Shown: one piece after another, positions 19,489 to 28,317 of the stretch
Layout: every line of letters begins with the position of its first letter
How positions within the stretch are numbered: the first letter of the stretch is position 1
From: Candidatus Latescibacterota bacterium
Lineage (GTDB): Bacteria; Latescibacterota; UBA2968; GCA-2709665
NCBI GenBank assembly: GCA_963667175.2
Contig: CAXXXF010000015.1
Coordinates: 800,001 to 864,000, forward strand
DNA: 64,000 nucleotides
Direction of reading: 5' to 3'
Translations under genes and position numbers: made by a program
The notes under the pieces: model-generated
What the model saw: the letters and a program-made list of their open reading frames with translations, nothing else
The model's database searches: none
What the model was told of the DNA's origin: nothing

Positions 19489-20565
19489 ATGCGACGGATT
19501 TTGATCCCGACCATCTGTGCGGCGCTGGTGTCATTCGTCCCGGCCGCGGCCGATGAATTGACCGCGGACGAAAGCAGGAGCGCGATTGCAAAGCCGAAGG
19601 CGCGGCAACTGAGCGTCCTGGATGAGGGCAGGCGTTCTCTACCGAAGCCCACTCCTTCGACGGGAGACGGTACGGTGAAGGGATACGGGCTTTCGCTGGA
19701 ACACGTTCCCTCGAAATACGAGATGGTAAACGGCCGTGCGTCGAGCGGGAATCCGCTGGACGCCGCGGGCAGAGATCGGTCGTTGTCGACGTCGGATTTT
19801 GGGGAAGGAAATTCCAACGGTAAACTGACGAAGGGTTTGAACGTAACGGGCGGGCGGAACGCCTTTGCTACCCTCAAGCTCGAGCCGATCAACGAAGTCG
19901 ACGCGGACAAGGGGACCTTGAGAATTCTCGTATCACTTGCGCACGCGAAGGACCTGAAAGGGTACGGATTTTCGGTGCACTACGACCCTGCGAAGTACGA
20001 GTTCGTAAAGGCCGGGGAATCGGAGGAGAATCTGCTCACGTCCGGATCCGGTAGGCAGACGCTTTTCGTGTCCGCCAACCACACACCTGGGCGGGTGGAT
20101 CTGGGCGCCGTGAAGGTGGATGGGCAGGGCGTCAGCGGCGACGGAAAGCTCGTCGAACTTACCTTCAAGACGCCCGGCGCGACCGCAGCGGGCGATTTCA
20201 GGGTTTCGGAAGGCGTCCTGGTCGGTCTCGACGGCGCCATCGACCGGCTGGCGAACGTGGAATTCGCCCGACTGACGCCGGAAGCCGACGAATACGCCCT
20301 GGAGCAGAATGTGCCGAACCCGTTCAATCCATCCACTGTCATCGGATACCGCATTCCGGAGGCGGGTCCGGTCCGGCTGGCCATTTACAACCTGCTGGGC
20401 CAGGAGGTGCGCGTTCTGGTCGACCGCCATATGGAGGCAGGTTCCTTGTCGGCCACCTGGGATGGAAAGGATGAAACGGGCAGGCAGGTGTCCAGCGGCA
20501 TCTATCTCTACCGGATTCAGGCAGGCGGTTTCCTGGCGTCTAAACGAATGATGTTCCTGAAATGA
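19489..20565 (+). CDS. Secreted cohesin-domain protein with FlgD-Ig / T9SS type A-like C-terminal domain
   Basis: Signal peptide. Cohesin-like LKGYGFSVHYDPAKYEFV..GDGKLVELTF. C-terminus LEQNVPNPFNPSTVI.Y..IYNLLGQEVR.L..WDGKD..G..VSSGIYLYR..KRMMFLK. Confidence 0.82.
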   Translation: MRRILIPTICAALVSFVPAAADELTADESRSAIAKPKARQLSVLDEGRRSLPKPTPSTGDGTVKGYGLSLEHVPSKYEMVNGRASSGNPLDAAGRDRSLSTSDFGEGNSNGKLTKGLNVTGGRNAFATLKLEPINEVDADKGTLRILVSLAHAKDLKGYGFSVHYDPAKYEFVKAGESEENLLTSGSGRQTLFVSANHTPGRVDLGAVKVDGQGVSGDGKLVELTFKTPGATAAGDFRVSEGVLVGLDGAIDRLANVEFARLTPEADEYALEQNVPNPFNPSTVIGYRIPEAGPVRLAIYNLLGQEVRVLVDRHMEAGSLSATWDGKDETGRQVSSGIYLYRIQAGGFLASKRMMFLK

Positions 20566-20593
20566 CCGGGCTTGACGTCGCAACGGAATAGAC

Positions 20594-20622
20594 GGGCCGC
20601 CCCGAACGTGAGGCGGCCCTTT
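20594..20622 (+). terminator. Intrinsic terminator-like hairpin
   Basis: gggccgcc-ccgaacgtga-ggcggccc-ttt after the cohesin-FlgD gene. Confidence 0.5.
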
Positions 20623-20658
20623 CCATTCCAATCGATCATCCAATGGGAGGAAGGGAAC

Positions 20659-21564
20659 ATGCCCCGATTACGCGCGATCGCCCTGGCGGTCCTGGGTACG
20701 CTCGCGTTCGTCCCGCCGGTTGTCGCGGAGACGCCGGACTTCTATGCGCACTGGGGGGACGGCAGGGCGGAGATCTCCAGCTATCGCGTGGCCCAGCCTC
20801 GATACGGAGAGAATCGCGAGGGCTACGGCGTGCTCATTTTCGTCACGGAAGACCTGAACCGGAATACCTACGTCAAGGTCGAGTCGCCCACGCCGCAGGC
20901 AGACCGGGTCTACGTTCTCAAACTGAATAACGTCCTCAAGTTCACCACCGGAATTTACGACTATTCGGTAATGACATCCGTCTTCAGCGCCGTCGAGGGG
21001 TTCGCGGGTTCGGATCCGTTCGAGTTGATGAAAGTGAACCTGAGTTCTCAGGAATGGTGCGGGCACGTATTCGACGAGGTGCGGGTGGTTGACGGCAAGG
21101 CGCGCGGCGCGCTGAACAGCTACTTTGAACGCGAAGGCTTGCGTACATATAGCCTGGACGTACCCGAAGGGTTTCAGAGTGAAGACCATCTGCTCATTCA
21201 GATCAGGGAACTCAAGGGTCCGATGATGCAGGCCGGTGAATCGCGGCCGATCCGGCTGCTGCGCAGCCTCTGGTCGTACCGGACGGGGCGCCGTCCCCAC
21301 GCCCTGGTGGACGCGCGGCTGAGTAAGGGAATGCCGGAGGCGGTTACTGTCTCGGCAGAAAGGCACGAAGCCATCCCGTGGCGGCTGGCGGCTGGAGACT
21401 GGAGCAAGACAATATGGGTGGAAACGTCCCATCCGCACCGCATCCTGAAATGGGAGGACGCGTCGGATGGCAGGGGGGAACTGATGGTTACGATCCGCGA
21501 ACCCTACTGGCGACAGAAGACGGCACGGGACGAAATCTTCCGGCAGCGACTGGGGATCCCCTGA
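20659..21564 (+). CDS. Conserved secreted hypothetical protein
   Basis: RBS ggaggaag and a signal peptide. Motifs W.DG.AE.SSY...QPRYG..R.G..VLIFVTED, VLKLN....F.TGIY.YS.MTS.F, SSQEWCGH. Confidence 0.75.
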   Translation: MPRLRAIALAVLGTLAFVPPVVAETPDFYAHWGDGRAEISSYRVAQPRYGENREGYGVLIFVTEDLNRNTYVKVESPTPQADRVYVLKLNNVLKFTTGIYDYSVMTSVFSAVEGFAGSDPFELMKVNLSSQEWCGHVFDEVRVVDGKARGALNSYFEREGLRTYSLDVPEGFQSEDHLLIQIRELKGPMMQAGESRPIRLLRSLWSYRTGRRPHALVDARLSKGMPEAVTVSAERHEAIPWRLAAGDWSKTIWVETSHPHRILKWEDASDGRGELMVTIREPYWRQKTARDEIFRQRLGIP

Positions 21565-21586
21565 CACATAAATCGGAGGATATGAA

Positions 21587-22336
21587 ATGACGCCGATCGA
21601 GCAGTCGCGTGAGGCCGTTGAGCAGAGCGACGTCGAAAGGCTGGAGGCGCTGATCGAGATCCATCCTGACCTGCCCAACCTCAGGTCGGAGGATAACGAC
21701 CGGACGCTGCTGCATACAGTGGCGGACTATCCGGGGCACAAGCCGAAGGGCATTGAGATGGCCCGCGTGCTCATTGCGGCGGGCGCCAACGTGAACGCGC
21801 GTTTCCAGCACGGGCAGGTCAAGGCGGTCAGGGAGACGCCCCTGCACTGGGCGGCGAGCAACGACGACGTCGACCTGGCGGAGCTGCTTCTGGACGCAGG
21901 GGCGGATATCGACGTTGACTGCGGCGTTATTGCGAATGGCACGCCAATCTGGAATGCCGTCATTTTTCGTTGCGTGAACGCCGCACGGCTGCTGATCGAA
22001 CGGGGCGCGTCGTCCAATCTGATGACCGCCGCGGGCGCCGGTCGCAGGGACCTGGTGGACATGTACTTCGACGATCGGGGAAACGTGACGGAAAGCGCTG
22101 GCGCCCTGCCATGCTGGAATGCGCCGCGGCCGCCGCAGACGGCGCTGGACAGCGCGTTCGGCCTGGCGTGTCGAAACGGCCACGCGACCATCGCAAAGGT
22201 CCTCTACGAACGCGGCGCCGATCCGGACTGGGTCAACCCGGCCGGCGAATCCGCATATCAGCAGGCGAAGACCGGCGGTCACAAGATCGTCATGGACTGG
22301 ATGAAAGCCCGCGGCATAGCGCCCGAAGACGCATGA
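21587..22336 (+). CDS. Ankyrin-repeat protein
   Basis: TPLHWAASNDDVDLAELLLDAGADID, ARVLIAAGANVN, ACRNGHATIAKVLYERGADPD. Confidence 0.85.
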   Translation: MTPIEQSREAVEQSDVERLEALIEIHPDLPNLRSEDNDRTLLHTVADYPGHKPKGIEMARVLIAAGANVNARFQHGQVKAVRETPLHWAASNDDVDLAELLLDAGADIDVDCGVIANGTPIWNAVIFRCVNAARLLIERGASSNLMTAAGAGRRDLVDMYFDDRGNVTESAGALPCWNAPRPPQTALDSAFGLACRNGHATIAKVLYERGADPDWVNPAGESAYQQAKTGGHKIVMDWMKARGIAPEDA

Positions 22337-22593
22337 GTCCGGACGCATCCTCTCCCGTCGTTCTGGGCGGCGATTCCCGTGGCGGTCTACGATTCATCTG
22401 GAACGACGCCTCGGGCGATTCCTCGAATGCGATGCACGCGCCATTGCCTTCGAAAAAGGCCTCGGCGCCAACGATGTGCCGGGCAATACCCACCTCCTCC
22501 GCGTCACGGCCGGCGACGCGTGGTGGACCTCCCTTCCTGAACGGCTTCGTGCGGAATTTGACATCTGACACCCCCGTCCGTGTCCTATCCGTA

Positions 22594-22627
22594 TCCGCAG
22601 GGGCGACCGGCCGGTCGCCCCTGCGGA
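22594..22627. repeat. REP-like perfect palindrome (GTAG/GCAG-GGGCGACC family)
   Basis: Perfect 34-bp palindrome tccgcaggggcgaccggccggtcgcccctgcgga between convergent genes. A related copy lies at 40192-40217. Confidence 0.7.
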
Positions 22628-22658
22628 CGCAAAAACACCGAACTTCACGTTTCACTGC

Positions 22659-23696
22659 TCATGGCTTTGCGTCAGTTCGTCCCTGCACTTCCTCAAACCG
22701 CTGTAACACCTGATCCGGTGACGCGGCGCCGGTTGTCCCGATCTGCTGGATTGTGATGGACGACACCAGCACGCCAACGCGTGCGGCGTCGACGTACGAG
22801 GCGCCCGCACATAGCGCGGCGACAATGCCTGCGGAAACACTGTCTCCCGCGCCCACAATATCGATGGGTTCGGCGACCGGGATTCCGGGAACATGGTCAA
22901 TTTCCACGCCGTCGGCGCAGAGGATACCCTCGGCGCCAAGCGTGATATAGACGGGTCGTCCGGTGCGCGCGGCAAATGACCGAATTACGGCGTTCAGGCC
23001 TGCCTCGCCTTCCATATCGGCATTGCCGCACGTCGCCGCGAGCGCCTCCTCGCGGTTGACCTTGACGATCACCTTCGTGAACCTGCCGATGCGCGAACGG
23101 GAATCCGCGAGGAACACGACGTCCGGATGCGCTCCGGCAAGATGCGCGATTCCCTCGCGAACGCGGTCCGAAATCACCCCGCAATTGCGTTCCTGGACCT
23201 GGTCGAGCACAATGACGCCGTGGACGTCGCCGAGCAGATTCTCAAGGGCAGTCAGGACGCGGTCTTCCACGTTTCGGAGAAGGGGAGAACGATTTTTGAT
23301 ATCCAGTCTCTCCATCTCCTTCCCGGACGTACCGAGAACCGGTTTGGTATAGGTTGGCGTCACGCGCTCGGACACTTCCATCAGATACCGCGTATCCACA
23401 CCCGTCGCCTGCAGGCCCGCTTTCAGATCGTACCCCTGCCCGTCATCGCCGATCACCCCCAGCGCCCGGACCCGTCCCACCCCCAGGGCGCCGAGATTAC
23501 TGGTGACGGTCCCCGCGGCGCCCGGGCGGTTTCGGACCTGTACGACCTGCCGGGCTTCGAGCCCGGTCTCCAGCGAGGTCTCGGCGAGGTCAGGATCGAC
23601 AATGAGATAGCGATCCAGGAAGTAGTCGCCGATCACCAGGACGTCCAGACCGGAAAACCTGGTTAGCAGCTTCTTCAGTTCGGAATGGATCATCAT
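22659..23696 (-). CDS. PfkB/ribokinase-family carbohydrate kinase (RfaE/HldE kinase-like)
   Basis: VLVIGDYFLDRY, PGAAGTV..NL..LG, VKVNREEA, DIVGAGDS (PfkB signature). Confidence 0.85.
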   Translation of the reverse strand: MMIHSELKKLLTRFSGLDVLVIGDYFLDRYLIVDPDLAETSLETGLEARQVVQVRNRPGAAGTVTSNLGALGVGRVRALGVIGDDGQGYDLKAGLQATGVDTRYLMEVSERVTPTYTKPVLGTSGKEMERLDIKNRSPLLRNVEDRVLTALENLLGDVHGVIVLDQVQERNCGVISDRVREGIAHLAGAHPDVVFLADSRSRIGRFTKVIVKVNREEALAATCGNADMEGEAGLNAVIRSFAARTGRPVYITLGAEGILCADGVEIDHVPGIPVAEPIDIVGAGDSVSAGIVAALCAGASYVDAARVGVLVSSITIQQIGTTGAASPDQVLQRFEEVQGRTDAKP

Positions 23697-23736
23697 AACA
23701 ACGGGCCGGACCGGCCGCGTCCGCGGCGACCGGATG

Positions 23737-24582
23737 CTACGTATCGAGGAGATAGTGCACGAGCGTTTTCTGGCTCCGAAAGTCCGGGACAATCAGATCC
23801 GCACCTGCCTGGATCAGACGTTCGCGTTTCCATCCGTTCACACCCCGGCGTTGAGCCTCGTCCGACGCGACCCCCACGGCCGTTCCACCGGCCGACTTGA
23901 CGTTTTCTATCTCCACGTATCCATCGCCGAAGCCCAGCAACTCCGCGCCCTCGATTCCCTCAGAGTCGATCAGATCCCGGATCACCCGTTCCTTGGAGAA
24001 ATTCCGGAACTGATCCAGGGCGCCGTAGACGCGGTTTTCAAAGAAGCGCGTCAGGCCCAGGAGAGTGGCCTCTTCCTTAACGTACACATCGTCGGTGCCG
24101 CTTGCCAGATACAGCGTAAGTCCCCGGCGTTGCAAATTGTAAAGAAGATCCAGTGATTTCGGCACCATCAGATCTTCAGCCGCAACCGCGCCGGTACGGA
24201 GGCCGTCTTTTCGATCCTGGATGTGGTGGTTCAACCGCACGTGATAGCGGTGTTTGTACGCCACCGGGTCCAGGGTGGGGCCGCCTCGCTTGTGGACCTC
24301 GTCGCCAAGCCGGATCATCTGGTAGATGGTCTGCTTTCCGGTCAGGCGGTCCACGAAATCCGCGACGACAGACGTCAGTTCGTCCGCGGTTTCGCCTGAG
24401 TTGCATTCGCCGAGGGTTTCCACCATCATCGGAACCATGATTTCGCGCCACCCCTGGCGTATCAGCGAGAGTGTTCCGTCGAAGTCAAAGAGCACGGAGC
24501 GATAGCTGCCCCGTGCGATACCCGGGTTGACCCGTTCGACTTCAGCCTCATGCAACGAAACGGGTATCTTCCGTAAATTCAC
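23737..24582 (-). CDS. HAD-family hydrolase
   Basis: FDFDGTLS motif I, LASGT, K, FGDGYVEI. Confidence 0.85.
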   Translation of the reverse strand: MNLRKIPVSLHEAEVERVNPGIARGSYRSVLFDFDGTLSLIRQGWREIMVPMMVETLGECNSGETADELTSVVADFVDRLTGKQTIYQMIRLGDEVHKRGGPTLDPVAYKHRYHVRLNHHIQDRKDGLRTGAVAAEDLMVPKSLDLLYNLQRRGLTLYLASGTDDVYVKEEATLLGLTRFFENRVYGALDQFRNFSKERVIRDLIDSEGIEGAELLGFGDGYVEIENVKSAGGTAVGVASDEAQRRGVNGWKRERLIQAGADLIVPDFRSQKTLVHYLLDT

Positions 24583-24807
24583 CCATCTACCCCATGTTCA
24601 ATAAGAAATCGTGGATCTGTGACACGGCGCTGAACCAGACGGCGCAATCTAATTGTGCATCCGCAATTGTCAAGGCATTTAACCCGTCAGTACTTTCGTT
24701 TCCGTGTTTAAATCTGCTTGTGAAATTTCAATTGTACATTATCTTTAATGTCGTGCCTGTTACGTGATTGAGAGTGACGGTGGCCGGGGGCGTTTCTGGG
24801 GCTGGCT

Positions 24808-25476
24808 ATGGATCGGCAGGTTGTGCAGCGTTCATCCACCCGTACGGGTGAATTACAGCTTGCGTCCGTCAAAGCCGGTCTGGTCACCCATTTCGAACTC
24901 ATCGTCAACGGCGTTTTCCTGGTGGCCACGTACAATGCGACGTCCAATCGCGCATTGATGGAAGCCGTCATGGAAACATCGAAGCAGGGCAGGCACATCG
25001 ACCTCCTGATCGGTGGTTTGGGATTGGGAATCTCCCTTCGCCAGGCGCTCGCCTATTCGAACGTGCATTCCGTGTGTGTGGTGGAACTCGAATCCCGGAT
25101 TGTCAACTGGAACCGCGAGTACCTGGACAATGCCGACGTTCTGGACGATGCGCGTACGGAAGTGGTCGTTGGCGATTTTTACGACTTCATAATGGGAAAT
25201 CCCCGAAGCTATCACGGCATTGCGCTGGATATCGACAACGGCCCCGACTGGGTCGTGCGTTCGGAAAACCGGCGAGCATACAGCGTTTCGGCGCTGCAGG
25301 CCCTGAGAACGCGGTTGCGACCGGGTGGAACGCTGGCGATCTGGAGCCACGCCGTCAACAGATCTTACGAACGCGCGCTGGACCGTGTCTTCGGCGGGGT
25401 GACTCTAAAGCAAACATGCGACCATAACCTGACCGGAAAACCGCTGGAGAGCATCATCTACGCGGTTCGGGCCTGA
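24808..25476 (+). CDS. Spermidine-synthase-like SAM-dependent transferase
   Basis: LLIGGLGLGISL, VVELE, IALDIDNGP, LRPGG.LAIWS. Confidence 0.8.
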   Translation: MDRQVVQRSSTRTGELQLASVKAGLVTHFELIVNGVFLVATYNATSNRALMEAVMETSKQGRHIDLLIGGLGLGISLRQALAYSNVHSVCVVELESRIVNWNREYLDNADVLDDARTEVVVGDFYDFIMGNPRSYHGIALDIDNGPDWVVRSENRRAYSVSALQALRTRLRPGGTLAIWSHAVNRSYERALDRVFGGVTLKQTCDHNLTGKPLESIIYAVRA

Positions 25477-25512
25477 CCGGGAGGGGTAGACCACTGGAAA
25501 GGAATTTTGTGG

Positions 25513-26817
25513 ATGAACAAAGACTCACTCACCATTACGGATAATCGCACCGGAAAAACCTACGACGTACCCATTCTCTATGGCACGTACCCCGAATACG
25601 GCGCCGCCATTCGAACCGCCGACTTGAAGCAGATAAAGGTCTCGGAGAACGACTTCGGGCTTCTCGGGTACGATCCGTCGTATCTGAATACCGGCTCCTG
25701 CCGGAGCTCCGTGACGTTCATCGACGGCGAGAAGGGCATCCTCAGATACCGCGGATATCCAATCGAGCAAATGGCCGAGCGCAGCACCTACCTGGAAACA
25801 GCGTATCTGCTGTTATACGGCGAACTGCCGGCACAACAGCAACTGGATGCCTGGAACGCGTCGGTGATGGAATACGTGAAATCCGAACCCAGGTTGACCG
25901 AACTGGTGAACGGGTTCCGGAAGGGCTCCCATACGATGGGTATGATGGTGGGCGTGCTGGGGTCTCTATCCACGTTCTACGACAATTCGAGAGACATCGG
26001 CTCGGAAGAGGCGCAGGAACAGCATATCCGCCGTCTGATGGGCATGGCGCCAGTGGCTGCGGCGGCCGTGTACCGTCAAAGCCAGGGGCTGGCGCCAGTG
26101 GATCCCGACCCGTCACTGGGGTTTTGCGGCAATTATCTGAGAATGCTGTTTGACGGAACGAGCGCATACAGATCCGACCCGTCGCTTGAAAGGGCGCTGG
26201 ACGTCCTTTTGATCTTACACGCCGACCACGAACAGAACTGCAGCGCCAGCACCATGCGCGGCGTTGGCAGCAGCGGAGCAGACCCGTATTCGGCCGCGGC
26301 GGGCGCCGCCGCCGCGCTGTACGGCCCGGCACACGGGGGCGCGAATGAAGCCGTGTTGAAAATGTTGAACGAAATCGGATCCGTGGACAATATCCCCGCG
26401 TACATCAAGCGGGTGTATAACCGGGAAGTGCTCCTGCAGGGCTTCGGGCACCGGGTATACAAGAATTACGACCCGAGGGCGGCGATCATCAAGAAGACTG
26501 CTGAGGAAGTATTCGAAGTCACCGGAAGGAACCCGCTCATCGACGTCGCGGTGGAACTGGAGCGCATCGCGCTTGAAGAAGAGTTTTTCGTATCTCGCAG
26601 ACTGTATCCGAACGTGGATTTCTATTCGGGTATCATCTACCAGGCCATGGGCCTGCCAACGGACATGATGACGGTCATGTTCGCGGTGGGCCGGATGCCC
26701 GGGTGGCTCGCGCAGTGGAAGGAACTGTTGCACGACAAGGAGCAGCGTATCGCGCGTCCGCGGCAGGTCTACACGGGAGACGATATCCGGGACTACACGC
26801 CCATGGGAGAGCGGTAG
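25513..26817 (+). CDS. gltA: Citrate synthase
   Basis: IDGEKGILRYRGYPIE, LHADHEQN, GPAHGGANE, GFGHRVYKNYDPRA, LYPNVDFYSG. Confidence 0.97.
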   Translation: MNKDSLTITDNRTGKTYDVPILYGTYPEYGAAIRTADLKQIKVSENDFGLLGYDPSYLNTGSCRSSVTFIDGEKGILRYRGYPIEQMAERSTYLETAYLLLYGELPAQQQLDAWNASVMEYVKSEPRLTELVNGFRKGSHTMGMMVGVLGSLSTFYDNSRDIGSEEAQEQHIRRLMGMAPVAAAAVYRQSQGLAPVDPDPSLGFCGNYLRMLFDGTSAYRSDPSLERALDVLLILHADHEQNCSASTMRGVGSSGADPYSAAAGAAAALYGPAHGGANEAVLKMLNEIGSVDNIPAYIKRVYNREVLLQGFGHRVYKNYDPRAAIIKKTAEEVFEVTGRNPLIDVAVELERIALEEEFFVSRRLYPNVDFYSGIIYQAMGLPTDMMTVMFAVGRMPGWLAQWKELLHDKEQRIARPRQVYTGDDIRDYTPMGER

Positions 26818-26843
26818 GAAACGGATCCGTCGCAATCATGAAA

Positions 26844-26882
26844 AAACAGGGCGCAAAAGCCGCCGGCTTTTGCGCCCTGTTT
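26844..26882. terminator. Bidirectional intrinsic terminator
   Basis: 18-bp inverted repeat aaacagggcgcaaaagcc-gcc-ggcttttgcgccctgttt between gltA and convergent brnA. Confidence 0.75.
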
Positions 26883-26938
26883 CATGGGCTCTTCAGCACG
26901 ATAGCGCGCGGAAGAGCCTCTTTATTTCCTTCCTATCG

Positions 26939-27229
26939 TTATTTCAATGGATGGGTATCCATGTACTCACGCACGGCATTCTTGATCACTGTTTGAAACC
27001 CTCCACCGTGCTTCTTGCAGTATTCAAAGGTTTTCCGGTCTATCGGAATCTGCGCCAGTATTTCGGTCTCTTCCCAATCTTCAGCGCTCATGAAAGGGGG
27101 CGCGTCCGGGTCGGTACGCGCAGCTGCGTTCAATTCCTCTTCCGTCAACACAGCGACCCGATTCCAGTCTGTCTTTGTGTCTTCCGGCAGGTCATCACGG
27201 GAATATCTCACGATATTTTCTTCGCTCAT
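26939..27229 (-). CDS. brnA: BrnA-family antitoxin
   Basis: TDW.RV..L.EEE...AA..DPDAPP and C-terminal GGGFQTVIKNAVREYM. Overlaps brnT. Confidence 0.75.
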   Translation of the reverse strand: MSEENIVRYSRDDLPEDTKTDWNRVAVLTEEELNAAARTDPDAPPFMSAEDWEETEILAQIPIDRKTFEYCKKHGGGFQTVIKNAVREYMDTHPLK

Positions 27230-27467
27230 TTCGATTGGCTCTCCGTGCGGAAATGATTCGAAGGCGTCTGTTTCGAATGGCATATACAACGTAGAGTTCA
27301 GTAGCTTCAACCGTGCCAATAGAAACGTATCGAATTTCTCCGTAATCTATACGGTTATCGATAATCGTGAAAACGGGTCCATCAAAAACGCGCGCAGCGG
27401 ACAAGAAGCTTACACCGTGTTTCCGGATATTCAACTCATTCTTGCGTTCGTCCCATTCGAATTCCAT
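27195..27467 (-). CDS. brnT: BrnT-family ribonuclease toxin
   Basis: MEFEWDERKN..NIRKHGVSF..A..VF, DYGE.R..SIG, RIISARRAN..ER..Y. Confidence 0.92.
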   Translation of the reverse strand: MEFEWDERKNELNIRKHGVSFLSAARVFDGPVFTIIDNRIDYGEIRYVSIGTVEATELYVVYAIRNRRLRIISARRANRNERRKYREIFP

Positions 27468-27521
27468 AGGCTGTTGAAGTCAAAGATATGAAATTGGCCT
27501 TGTGCCGTCAAGGTTCAGCGA

Positions 27522-28289
27522 TCACTCGCCATAGAGTTTCAGAGGGGAAAGCGTGATTAGGGAGGGGTCGTCATCGAGGACGCGGGAGACGTACTCGATG
27601 GTGGGCGCGACGCGGAAGGCCTGCCAGCGTGAGGGACCGACCGAGGTTTCCAGGACAAAACCGGCCGATTTGACGCGATCGCCCATCGTACTGAAATTGT
27701 ATCCGGGCCACATGGGCGCCGGGTGGCTGCGGCCGTAATTGCGTTCGACCCAGAGGGCCTGGTTGTAGTGGAAGATGGAACAGACGTTGAAGCCGACACC
27801 CATCAGCACGTAGAGCGCGTTGCGGTCCACCAGCCAGTCCCACGGCGAGCCATGGCCGAACGCTTTCTCGTCCCAGGGGCTCAGGCGAGGCCCGGCGGAC
27901 CCGTGGGGCACCATGGCGTTCCGGGCGTCTGCGCCGATGGCGGCCAGGGAGTCGCAGCAGTGGTCGCTGCGCACGGCTTCAGGGCGCCGGCGGAAGACCT
28001 CGGTAACGTGCCCGACGTCGGACGGGGACGTGCGTACGTCCCAGGCTTCGAGGCGGGTCCTGTAGGTGGCGGATTCGCCGTTGACCTTTTGCACGAACGT
28101 TGGAACGACCACGGTACCCGACTCGCCAACGGCTTCAATCGCGCCGTCGATGACGGTATCGGCGCCACCCTGCACGTCGCCGAAGCTCTTGAGGGAACTG
28201 TGAAAGAGGAGCGCGTCGCCCCTTCGAATGCCAAGTGAGGCGAAGCCTTTCAGGATATCTTCCTTGTGGACTGTCTTCCGATCTTCCAT
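27522..28289 (-). CDS. AAC(3)/YokD-family N-acetyltransferase
   Basis: LGI..GD.LLFHSSLKSFG.V.GGA..VI, GTVVVPTF, FRR.P...RS.H, FGHGSPW, GVGF..CS.FH. Confidence 0.85.
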   Translation of the reverse strand: MEDRKTVHKEDILKGFASLGIRRGDALLFHSSLKSFGDVQGGADTVIDGAIEAVGESGTVVVPTFVQKVNGESATYRTRLEAWDVRTSPSDVGHVTEVFRRRPEAVRSDHCCDSLAAIGADARNAMVPHGSAGPRLSPWDEKAFGHGSPWDWLVDRNALYVLMGVGFNVCSIFHYNQALWVERNYGRSHPAPMWPGYNFSTMGDRVKSAGFVLETSVGPSRWQAFRVAPTIEYVSRVLDDDPSLITLSPLKLYGE

Positions 28290-28317
28290 TGCGTTACATG
28301 AAACGGACACGAGACCT

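Noticed and set aside
22340-22590. Intergenic stretch possibly a gene remnant
   Set aside because: No recognisable protein motif was found in any frame.
27522-28289. Calling this an aminoglycoside resistance gene
   Set aside because: The AAC(3)/YokD family includes many non-resistance enzymes, and the substrate cannot be inferred.
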